Origin: Octopus sinensis
Taxonomy: Eukaryota
Direction: 5' to 3'
Assembly: GCF_006345805.1 (NCBI RefSeq)
Contig: NC_042998.1
Location: 106,392,001 to 106,456,000, forward strand
Length of the DNA stretch: 64,000 nt
A program made the translations under genes and the position numbers. Below are positions 49,946-61,698 of the stretch, piece by piece. Within the stretch, counting starts at the first letter, position 1, and every line of letters begins with the position of its first letter. The notes below the pieces were generated by a model, which saw nothing but the letters and a program-made list of their open reading frames with translations, made no database searches and had not been told where the DNA came from.

Positions 49946-50160
49946 ACATCATCATCATCATCATCATCATCAACATCATCATCATCATCATCATCATCAT
50001 TTAATGTCTGTTTTTTATGCCTGGCATGGGTTGGATAGTTTGACCAGAGCTGGTAAACAGGAGAGCTACTCCAGGTTCCAGTCTGATTTGGCTTGGTTTC
50101 TAAGGCTGGATGCTATTCCTGGGGCCAACCACTTTACAGATGGTGCTGGGTGCTTTTTGC
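49910..50160 (-). mobile_element. RTE LINE 3' tail copy with long (CAT/CAA)n
   Basis: Directly visible tail. Confidence 0.75.
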
Positions 50161-50502
50161 ATAGAATAAGTCCTGGGGTCGATTTGCTTGACTAAAGATG
50201 GTGCTCCAGCATGGCTGCAGTCAAATGACTGAAACAAGTAAAAGAGTAATATGTATATATATAAAGATATATTGGGGGAGTGTGTGTTGCCAGCTTTCCA
50301 TTGTGATACCAGTACAAGTGGTAGCTTGTACAAATGAAAAGTGTTGAGAGTACTGAGAGGTAGGCATGTAGATCAGCAGGAAGGGAAACATCAGCAGTGA
50401 GCCCAGGAATGAGCGAACAAACCCAGATTCGGTATGTGTGTTGTATGTATGTGTTGTAAACTGTCTGTGTGTATATTGCCTATTGTAAAATAATAATCCT
50501 TT

Positions 50503-50712
50503 CTTCTGTAGGCACAAGGCCTGAAAATTTGGGGGAGGAGGGACAGTCGATTACATCGACCTCAGTGTGTAACTGGTGCTTATTTCATCAACCCTGAAAG
50601 GATGATAGGCGAAGTCAACCTCAACAGAATTTGAACTCAGAATGTAGTTGCAGACAAAATACTGCTAAGCACTTCACCTGGCATTCTAACGATTCTGCCA
50701 GCTCACTGCCTT
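50503..50712 (-). mobile_element. Nin/Deu-domain SINE
   Basis: AGGCACAAGGCCTGAAAATTT...GATTCTGCCAGCTCACTGCC. Confidence 0.8.
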
Positions 50713-52066
50713 ATATGGTAAAATAATTATATGAGAAAAATCAACTGCAAATTGAATTAAAGAGCAAAATGTGGATATCTATATTCCTTTGGTATGATAC
50801 TATGTCCAAGATACTTGTCCATGGCCAAGATACTTAACTTTCAGGGGCTCACTCTGCTTAGTTATATGAATATGTGATCTGAATAGTAATAATTCTACAC
50901 TGGAAGGATTAGGATTAATGTATAATTAATGAGTGATTCATTCATTTGCAATATTCAAATAAAATGCTTTTATTGATATAGAGGAAGCAATAAGAAGTTT
51001 GCCATTTGTACGCTGAGAAATCCTTTATTGTTTAATGCCAGACCGGAAATGATTCAGCATACCTATGATCAAAGGCATTCCAGCTATGACTACCACATCG
51101 TTTTCGTTATCAAGGACATATTATCTAAAGTGTTCTTCATTTTTTTTTTCAAGTTGTGTGTAATGTGACAGATATCTGGCTGTTGTTTCAATCATGTCAA
51201 GTACCATATAGAGGATTTCCTAGCTAGTTTGAGAACTATCTTGTCTTCTATCCTTAGCTTTTTTTACAAAAATATTCACCACAGAAGAATCTAGACATTG
51301 ATTCTAATCACACACTACATCTGATGACATTAAAGATAGTTTATTGCATGTATGAACATGCACACACACACACATATACATACGAACAACCCATGGCATC
51401 AGTGGTAGCTATTAGTAAAATTACTAATGAAATGAAGTCTACAAACCACTCAGTACAATAGATATAGTTAATAGCTTCTCATATTGAATTGATATAATTA
51501 ATGTTGAAGCAGGGGAAAAAAATCATAGAAAAATCATAGAAAAATCACAGATACCAGACTAAAAGTAGATTGGAAGAAATTCAGAGAGATTTTGTTTCTG
51601 AAAAAAGGATTTCTCACAATCTGAAGGAAATTTCTATGCAGTGACTTGACCTGTTTGAAATAGCTGTCAGTCTCCTTTACATCACATTCTCTGCAAAAAG
51701 GAAGAACACTTTGGACAACCTAGTCCCAAGCAAATAAAATTGTAGTATTGTTATGTCTTGAATGCATTTCATCATAAGTTTGCTGAATTAGGGCTGAGCT
51801 GGGTTTAAACAACAACATAGGTGTCAATGTGGCTTGCCAACCATGTGGCCTCGGGTTCAGCCCCACAGCATCCCAGTATAGCCAAGTGTCTTCTACTATA
51901 ACCCCAGGTTGACCAAAGACTTGGGAGTAGATTTGATAGATGGAAACTGAAAGAAACCAATTATATATGTGTGGGTATATAGCTAGCTAGATATATAAAG
52001 AGATATATAGTTATATATATGTATGTGTGTATATATATATAAATAAAACTATCAATCTATCTATAT

Positions 52067-52099
<33 letters not shown>

Positions 52100-52394
52100 C
52101 ATCATCATCATCATCGTTTAACATCCGCTTTCCATACTGGCATGGGTTGGATGATTTGACTGAGAACTGGCAAGCCAGGAGGATGTACCAGGCTCCAATT
52201 TGATTTGGCAAGGTTCCTACAGTTGGATGCCCTTCCTAACACCAACCACTCTGAGGGTGTAGTGGGTGCTTTTATGTGTCACCACCATGGGAGCCTGTCA
52301 GGCAGCACTAGCATCGGGCCATACTTAAATGGTACTTTTTATGTGCCATTCGCACAGGTGTCACTCAGGTGGCACTGCCATTGGCCATGCTTGA

Positions 52395-52432
<38 letters not shown>

Positions 52433-52649
52433 ATATATCATCCTCATCATCATCATCATCATCGTTTAACGTCCGCTTTCCATGCTGACATGGGTTGGAC
52501 AGTTTGACTGGGAACTGGTGATCCACATGGCTGCACCAAGCTCCAATCTGATCTGGCAGAGTTTCTACAGCTGGATGCCCTTCTTAACGCCAACCACTCT
52601 GAGAGTGTAGTGGGTGCTTTTATGTACCACCAGCGTGAGGGCCAGTCAG

Positions 52650-52650
<1 letters not shown>
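52100..52650 (-). mobile_element. two adjacent RTE LINE 3' tail copies
   Basis: 52100-52395 and 52440-52650, each starting at (CAT)n. Confidence 0.8.
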
Positions 52651-52688
<38 letters not shown>

Positions 52689-53619
52689 GTAAAAACTTGC
52701 TTAGAGAAGAAGAAACGAAACGAAACGAATCGAATCGATGCGAGGGCACTCAGTCATACAATAGTGTAATAAATAAAATATATGCATACATACATATATG
52801 TATGTACCTACATCTACATGTATATATACATGCACATATAAATATATATACGTGAGTACAGGACACGAATGACTTCTTTCAGTTTTCATCAACCAAAACC
52901 ACTCAGAAGGTTTTGGTTGGCCCAGGGCTACTAGGACTATAGTGAAAGACATCTGCCCAAGATGCAGTGGGACTGAACCTGAAACCATTTGTTTGGAAAG
53001 CAAAATTCTTGACCACACAGGTAAACGAGTTCTAGTTATTGCTGAAGAAACAAAATTCATCTGCATTATGCCTACTCACAACATAGACAAAAAAAATTGG
53101 AAATGAAATAAAGGAAATGAAATAGAGGAAATGAGTTGAGATTCAACATGTTTTGCTCTGGCTATCTTCACATCTTTTCTCCAATGATATTGCAAGTTTT
53201 CAGAAAGCAGACTGCCATTTCAGAATTGACATCAGTCATTGTTGCAGAGATTCTAAATTCAGACACAAATACTGTAACATTCTACTTGATTTCATATTCA
53301 GCTATGCATTTATTTTGGGTTGTTTTTTTTTTTTTTTGTTCTGTCAGTTTTTTTGTTTTTTTTATATTAAAAGCTATTCACGAAAAGAATTGTTTGATTA
53401 AAAGCAAAGATTTTTATAAATAATAAAATAAGGTGTCCGTAATAAATATGTGGCTGCTGATAGAAGATTAAGATTTTCTTTATTGTGCTCTCTTTCAAAG
53501 ATCTTCCTCTATTTGTATTAAAAATACATTTTTTTTTTAGGATAGACGGAAACAGAGTATCTTTGGTCACGTCAAAGATGTAATATAAAATAATATATTG
53601 GTTTCTAATAATATATATA

Positions 53620-53632
53620 ATAGTAATTAGAA

Positions 53633-53681
<49 letters not shown>

Positions 53682-54159
53682 GTAATCTTTTCTACAATAG
53701 GCACAGGCCTGAAATTTTGGGGGAGAGGTTGAGTCAATTACATCGACCCCAGTACACAACTGATACTTAATTTATTGACCCCAAAAGGATGAAAAGCAAA
53801 GTTGACTCCGGTGGAATTCGAACTCAGAACATAGCAAGAGAAGAAATACTAGTGAGCATTTCACCCGGTGTGCTAACAATTCTGCCAGCTCACTGCCTTA
53901 AGAATAATAATAATAATAATGATAATAATAATAGTAATACTAATAATCCCTTCTACTAAGGGCACAAAGCCTGAAATTTTTGGGGAGAGGACTAGCCAGT
54001 TACATTGATCCCAGTTTTTAACTGGTACTTAATTTATAGACTCTGAAGGGACAAAAGGCAAAGTTAACATCAGTGGAATTTGAACTTAGAACATAGTGAC
54101 GAGCAAAGTGTCACTAAGTGTTTCGTCTAGCATGTTAACAATTCTGCCAGCTTGCCACC

Positions 54160-54240
<81 letters not shown>

Positions 54241-54668
54241 GTTTAATGTCCGTTTTCCATGCTAGCATGGGTTGGATGGTTTGACCGGGGATCTGGGAAG
54301 CCAGAAGGCTGTATCAGGCTCCAGTCTTATCTGGCAATGTTTCTACAGCTGGATGCCCTTCCTAACGCCAACCACTCCGTGAGTGTAGCGGGTGCTTTTT
54401 ACGTGCCACCTGCACAAGACCAGGCGAGGCTGGCAACGGCCACAGTTGGATTGGTGTATTTTATGTGCCACCGGCACGGAAGCCAGTTGAGGCGGTGCTG
54501 GCATCGGCCACGAGTCGGATAGTGCTTTTTACGTACCACCAGACCAAGGATCCTGGCTGGTTCAATTCGATTTCGATTTTGCTTGCCCCAACATGTCTTC
54601 GCAAGCAAAGGGGGTTGGCATGGATGCCTGTCGTACGGTCGGATTGGTGTATTTTACGTGCCATTTTT

Positions 54669-54708
<40 letters not shown>

Positions 54709-55102
54709 TAACAATAATGATAATAATAATCTCTACTATAGGCACAAGGCCTGAAATTTTGATGGTGGGGGATAGTCCATTACATCAACTTCAGTGCTTG
54801 ACTGGTACTTATTTTATCAACTCCAAAAGCAAAGTCAACCACAGCCAAATTTGAACTTAATATATATATTAGGATGATAATGATAATGGTTTCAAATTTT
54901 GGCACATAGCCAGTAATTTCAGGGGAGGGGCTAAGTTGATTACATTGACTCCAGTGCTCAACTGATACTCATTTTATTGACCCAGAAAGAATGAAAAGCA
55001 AAGTTGATCTCAGTGGAATTTGAACTCGGAATGGAAGGACAGACAAAATTCCGCTAAGCACTTTGCCCGGCAAGCTCATGCTTCTACCAGCTCGCCACCA
55101 TA

Positions 55103-55130
<28 letters not shown>
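53620..55130 (-). mobile_element. cluster of four Nin/Deu SINEs and one RTE tail separated by (AAT)n tracts
   Basis: SINEs at ~53690-53901, 53950-54161, 54731-54860, 54888-55100; RTE tail 54211-54660. Confidence 0.85.
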
Positions 55131-55134
<4 letters not shown>

Positions 55135-55136
<2 letters not shown>

Positions 55137-55700
55137 GCCCTGATGCAGTACCAGGCAGTGGCTCTTGTGGCTTCTGATCTTAACTGATTGGAAGTTTTAT
55201 CCTGTACATTGTTTTGTCTTGAAAATATGGGCTACAGCAAATATTCTGCTCAATACCACAGATTTGCTTGTCAGTTGTTTGACCTTAACCAGTTGCCTCT
55301 TAGTGGCTGACGATATGTGCATCTCTGATCACAAGCAGAAGTAGTGGGGGAGCATCATAGCCATGTGTTGAGAGGGATTCTTTGGGGTTTGAATAATTCA
55401 CCTATGGAAACATGGGTGTTTTGTTCAACATCCTTAAACAACCCTTATTCAGGGACCTCTTGAGTGGGATGGGCTACTTGATCAGAAGAAAATTTTAACT
55501 GGGCCCCACCTGCAAGGTCATGTGCTGTTTATCTTAATATGAGATCACCATGTCACACACACATGGTTGTGATGCATGTGCCTAGTGTACCCTTATCAGA
55601 CGGGTAGTCATGATGGGTATACTGGGCTTCGCATATTTTACCCCAGTGTTACTTTGATGGCATACACTGCTCTCTCACTCAATAATAATAATAATAATAA
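55135..55700 (+). mobile_element. unclassified retroposed repeat with (AAT)n tail
   Basis: Ends CTCTCTCACTC(AAT)n; an internal segment recurs at ~62000-62065. Confidence 0.55.
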
Positions 55701-55974
55701 TAATAGACAGTACAAAGAGTGCGATGCAATTGCAGTAGATATTTTATTAATTTGAACAATATTTTGACAACTAACCTGTCTCTGTCAAGTTCAAGATGAA
55801 AAGTGATACATAGAAATTCAAATCCAAAATATGAACAAGGGCAACCAGCATCCCTATGTTGATGGAATGGCATCATCAGTCTTCAATTTTCAAGTTTACA
55901 AAAGAAAATGAAAGAAAAAAGAGAAAAAAGAAAAGAAAAGAAAAAGAAGGAAAATATGATGAAATTCTCACAAT

Positions 55975-56520
55975 TTTATTGGATGCAGCTGTACATCATT
56001 AACCAACTAAAGGAGATATCCTCTTGGGGTTAAGAAATTGCAGTAGAATCTGCTTGAATAGACAGCCATGTTAAAGTGGCTGCAAATATTACTTGTCAGT
56101 ACAACTACTGTGTTGATCTCTGAGAGAGATCTTAGAGCTAGCATTTTTATTTGTTGCAAAATCAGTGACCGTGTGTTCACTCGAAATATATATATATATA
56201 TATATTGTATGCAGAAGCAAACTGCTATCATCTCTAGGATTTGAGGTGTCGAGTACCGAGGAGTGGCAGAAATAGCCTGAAACTAGGACTGGTCTACTGG
56301 TCCCAACACTAGGAGAGAGTAAGGGTTTGCTCCCTTGCTCGCAATTTTATCAGATGCAGCTGTGATTCGTTAACCAGCTAGAGATGTCCTCTTGGGGTTA
56401 ATAAAATCACAGTAGAGTCCGTTTGAATGAACAGCCATGTTAAAGTGGCTACAAATATTACTTGTCAGTACAACTACTGCATTGATCTCTTAGAGAGATT
56501 TTCGAACTAGCATTTTTGCT
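55975..56520 (+). repeat. diverged direct repeat (~175 bp, ~370-bp spacing)
   Basis: ACAGCCATGTTAAAGTGGCT.CAAATATTACTTGTCAGTACAACTACTG occurs at ~56083 and ~56441. Confidence 0.85.
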
Positions 56521-56599
56521 TGATTTAAAAAGAAGCTGCATTTATTTTTATTGGATGCATTAATATAATTTGAGTCCAGGTTTGGATTTTGCTATGAAG

Positions 56600-57215
56600 T
56601 CACAATGGGGACAATGATGATTTTGATTTTACCTGGGATTGGACAAATGTATCTGTTAAGAATAAAGTTCTTTCATTGTTCTGTTTCTTCAACTCAAATT
56701 GTTTAGATGCATCACCACACATTCTACACTAATCAGATCCATTTAGACAACAACTTTCTTAAGATGTTACATCAAGCTTATTTTTGTGATTGCCTCAACT
56801 TATCCTTATACCCTTGCAGGGGTTTTCCTTTACCATGGTATCTGTCTACTTGTTGGCCTTATAGAAGAGTTTTTGCATTTGAACAACATGTGCTGCCTAT
56901 CTGCATTGAATTCTCAATAGCATGTTTTCACTGGAGACATCACATTTTTCTTAAATTTTGACATTGATACCTTATCTTGACATTTTATGTTGCAGATATT
57001 GCACAGACAGCACATGTGAAAGGTTTCATGTTTCTTTATATGTCTGTCATAGGAAGTCCATGCTTCTGCCCCATGCAAAAATATGGGGTAGAAGTGTGCT
57101 CAAAATTCAAGATTTTTATAAGATACACCTATCTTAGTTTTCCAACTGACACCATTTTATTCATCCCACAAATGACTAGGGCTACAAGTGCTTTTGGAAA
57201 CTTAAATATTCTGAC
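56600..57215 (-). pseudogene. RTE (BovB-like) ORF2 C-terminal fragment
   Basis: FLHGAEAWTSYDRHIKKHETFHMCCLCNICNIKCQDKVS...GKGKPLQGYKDKL. Confidence 0.75.
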
Positions 57216-58429
57216 CTGACTCATTTAGTAGATGGAAACTGAAAGAAGCCAGTTGACTATATATATATATGAGTGCACACATACAACTGTATATGTACAT
57301 AACAGTGTAACAACTAGAATTACTCTTCAGAGTGTATTCCAGATTATCTCTAATGCAAAAGGTCAAATCAATTCATTTTATACTAGAGAGACAAATTGGA
57401 ATTTTAAAAAGCTATTTTGTAAACATAAGCAGCCACTATAAAAATGTGCATATATGTATACAAGGGGTATGTGAAGTGTACAATGTGTATATCCCTTCAA
57501 ATCAGGGTTAATGATACAAATGAAACTGAATTATGAAACAGCTGTAAACATACAGAATTAAATTTTATTTGTCTATTACTTCTCCAGGATTTTAAGTGAT
57601 TATTACTATTGTTGTTGTTGTTGTTGTTGTTGCTGCTGCTGTTATTTATATGCATGTGTGTATGAGTGAGTGTGTGTTCATGTTTCCATGTCATGATATT
57701 GTGTGCGAGAAATTTATGATGAAAGGGAGAAAAGAATTTTTGTTTTGTATTGTTTAAAATGTGAACTCCAAATGTTGGAACATAATAAAATGATTAAAAA
57801 TAATGAAAAAGAAATCATTTAAGTTGTGGTTGTTGTTTTAGTGGGGATGGTGCCTATAAGATACATGGATTTCAGGTGGGGTGATTCAGAATATGGAATA
57901 TAATCACTTGACGAGGTAAGATGTTTTAATGGTGATGGCTGTCATGAAGATATGGAATGTAACATTTAAAAAAAAATACTTAAATTTCAGAAATTTTTTA
58001 GATATATAAGGCTTGTCCCCATCATTTTGATGTGTATGATACAAAAAAGAAATTTGAAAAATTCCTGTCCAAATAGAGAAAATCCAACTTGTGTGAGACA
58101 GCTATTCTGAAACTCCATGCATACATGCATGTTTGTTTGTTTGTTTGTATGTATGTATGTATGGATGAATGGATGTATGGATGGATGGATGGATGTCCGT
58201 CCGTTGTTTTATTTTAAGATTTCTTGCTCATAGAAAAAGAGTCAGTTTCTAACCTAGATCCAGGGTTCTTTCATTGTAATTTCAACATCAACAGGGTATT
58301 TTTGTATGCATGTATGTATCTATTTATATGTGCAGATTTGTATGCTTTACTTTATGTATGCATTCATATGCATATAGTGGCATATCTAGACTTGCTCATA
58401 TATAATTAAATGATAAACTTCTGGAAAGT

Positions 58430-59760
58430 TTTACAGATTTTTACAGTTCCAGTTATGGATTGGATCTGTAGTCTTTGAATAAGCTTTCTCCTTTCTAGTT
58501 TTGAGAATCCTAATTTCTCTCTCTAGATTAGTATTTAGGCATTGTGTTACATATCCCAGGGCTCCAATAATTACAGGCATAAACCTGAACTTGTAATCTG
58601 GATAGAGTAACTTCAGATTTCTCAATAGTTCAGTGTTGGTATTCTCTTTTTCACTGATCTCCAGTGTTATGTTAACATCCACTGGGCAGCTAATTTTCAC
58701 AACTGTGCACAGTTTCTCTTCTCTATCCCAAATCATTATATCAGATCTGTTGTGCTTACATTTTATGGTGGTTTTTGCTGGGACATTCCACCAGTATTCC
58801 TTTTTATTATGAGTGGCTATGGCATCTACGATATTGTGGGTTCCTATTTCTTTGTCTATGGGATTATCCTTCTGACGGATTTCATTATCGTGTGTCCTAG
58901 TGACAACATCATGTCCCATTAGTAGATAATACTATGATGACATTTTCAGACAACTGCTTATGATGTGAGTGATATCTTTGGTGTTAACTCCACAAAGTCT
59001 GCATCATTTGCCACATTTTACTGCTTTTCCTGCATTTCTATCCCTTTTGTGCATCAAGTATTTGGTTGATATTTCTTGTTCCTGGGTTGCAAACCACTAA
59101 CCTATACATGCATAGCCTTCAGCTGATATATGCTCATTTTTTCATCTTATGAAACATTGCGGTAGAGTTGTGCAACCTCTTTGGGTATGTATTTAAGGTT
59201 ATCAGACAAGCTATGCTGCTCAAGGAGCTGCCTTCCAAGTCTGATGTTATCAACCTAATCTATGCCAACTTGGTCAAGGGATGCACTTTGGCACTTGATG
59301 GTTAAAAGATGTTACCAAATGGGATATGATACGACATTCAAAGGCATTTTGGATTGATGTTACGCCTCTTCTGCCTTGTTTTCATTTTAGGTAGAGGCAG
59401 TCTACATCACTGTTTATGTGGAAATTATGTATGCTTGTTAGTATTTTGGGGATTTTCACATCAATGGCTAAGATCTCATCAATCGTTCAATCAAGCAGCC
59501 CAAATTCTAGTATGAGTACTGGCACTGCAAACACATTGTGGGCCACTGTTTTATTGAATGCAGAGAGTCTGAGGTCCAAATTTTCTTTATTTGGCTGTAA
59601 TATTCTTTAGTGACACATGTTTTGCTACTGGTGCCATTGTAATACATGTTTTCATCGACTCCCTAGATACCTGTAACATCCCTCATCAGATATAGGGGAA
59701 ACAGTCAAGTCATTGATGGAGATATTGCTAGTCTGGTTTACAGTTTTCTCCCTTTTCATA
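58430..59760 (-). pseudogene. R4/Dong-like non-LTR retrotransposon with restriction-like endonuclease
   Basis: YRYLG; NKTVAHNVFAVPVL; CRLCGVNTKDITHIISSC (CCHC knuckle); KHNRSDIMIWDREEKLCTVVKISCP (PD-(D/E)xK relic); PVIIGALG. Confidence 0.85.
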
Positions 59761-59794
59761 ACCATGTAACAATATTCATCCTAATTAAACATAC

Positions 59795-59825
<31 letters not shown>

Positions 59826-60099
59826 TGGACATATGTATATACATATGGCTGTCATTGAAACATATGAATATTGTTTGTAAATTTGTTCCTCAAAACAAGT
59901 CCTTTGTAATATTTGTTTTGCTCTGAATAACAGACACTTGTCATTCTCCCCATCAAAATTGTTGTGAAGTAATGATTAATCCATTGGAAACTTGTATTCA
60001 ATGATGCCATTCTCCCCCAATTATTATATCAGACAAACAAAACAAATAAGTCTGCTCCTTCTTACATTTTAATAACTATATTTATTATGAATTTTTTAA

Positions 60100-60301
60100 T
60101 TTTGGCATGAAACCAGCAATTTCAGGAAGTGGGCAAGTCAATTGCATCAACCCTAGTGCTCAACTGATAATTATTTTATTAACCCCGAAAAGATGAAAGG
60201 CAAAGTCAACCTCGGTGACATTTGAACACAGAACGTAAAGACTGATGATACGCTATCAAGCATTTTGTCCAAGCGTGCTAATGATTCTACCAACTCGCTG
60301 C
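60100..60301 (-). mobile_element. Nin/Deu-domain SINE
   Basis: TTAACCCCGAAAAGATGAAAGGCAAAGTCAACCTCGG. Confidence 0.75.
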
Positions 60302-60487
60302 ATTAATTATATTTGATATTGAATATTATACACCACCACCACCACTCTATATTATACATAAATACAAACATTTTGTGGTAGGGGGCGTCATGGGTGTGTG
60401 TGGATGGGTGTGGGGGTGTATTACAAATTTTCATGTGTTTGTATATACACATACAAATATATATATGCATACACATATATAAAAATG

Positions 60488-60518
<31 letters not shown>

Positions 60519-60552
60519 ATACATACACACATACTCATACATACATACATAC

Positions 60553-60624
<72 letters not shown>

Positions 60625-60630
<6 letters not shown>

Positions 60631-60735
60631 CATCGTCGTCGTTTAACGTCCGTTCTCCATGCTAGCATGGGTTGGACGGTTCGACCGGGGTTCTGGGAAG
60701 CCAGAAGGCTGCACCAGGCTCCAGTCTAATCTGGC
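60625..60735 (-). mobile_element. short young RTE 3' tail copy
   Basis: Near-identical to the antisense of 19870-19950. Confidence 0.8.
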
Positions 60736-61214
60736 TATCCATACGTGCATATATGTATGTACAGTGTATGTGTGTAAGTATGCATATTTGTGTATAGACA
60801 GTTTTATTGGTTGGGTGATTTATTGATTGTTAAATTGACAGGTACCGTTACATTAGATTATATGCTAGGAATATTTCAGCTGCAGGCAAGTGTCTTATAT
60901 ACTACTGAAGATGAATTTCAGAATATTTCACACACATTGGAACTGAATTAGAATTATATTCTCTTAATATAAATACTTACAAAGTGTCAGTGTAACCTCT
61001 CAGTGATTCCTCAGTTTGCTAGAAATAGTAGTCAAATCTTTCTGAAAGCACAGCTAATATTTTTTTAATGAGGTTACATTGAATTATGTATTCCTAAATG
61101 GACTATTTTTGAATAAAAGATATGATAGGCAAGACTGGATTGCCCTTGAACATAAGCCTGCTTGGCCACGACTGACCTATGGCTAATTAATAGCTAACTG
61201 TTGTTTCAGTTAGT

Positions 61215-61698
61215 GGTGACGTAGCCTCATCAGTTTAATATGTGTAGTGACCAGCTGGACAAATTAAATGCAGTGATCCATCAGAAGCCTCCAGTACGAG
61301 CTAAGTATAAGAACATTGTTTTTCATCAAGACAATGTCAGACCACACATTTCTTTGTAGATGCAGCAGGAGTTAATGGGGTTTGACTGGGAAGTCTTGCA
61401 CCCTTTCATATTTGCCCAACCTTGCATCTTCAGATTTCTACCTGTTCTGGTCTCTTCACAGATCATTGAATGAACAGACTTTCAACTCTGTAAACGATGT
61501 AAAAGTTCACTAGAGAGAGTTTTTCACCATAAAGACAGGAAATTCGTTGAGGAGGGAATAATGGATATGTCCACATGTTAGCAGAAGATACAAGAATGAA
61601 ACAGTAATTATATCACTGACTGAATAAATTGCTTTGTCTTTTAAAATTTGTATCTTCTTTTTACTTAAAAAGCCAAACAGACTTTTTGTCCAACCCAA
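61215..61698 (+). pseudogene. mariner 3' fragment with right TIR
   Basis: NIVFHQDNVRPHIS, FDWEVL; ends TTTTGTCCAACCCAA-TA. Confidence 0.8.

Noticed and set aside
56161-56195. GTGACC-GTGTGTTCACTC-GAAA-TATATA
   Set aside because: Core one base short, 2-nt loop, and helix I replaced by TA microsatellite.
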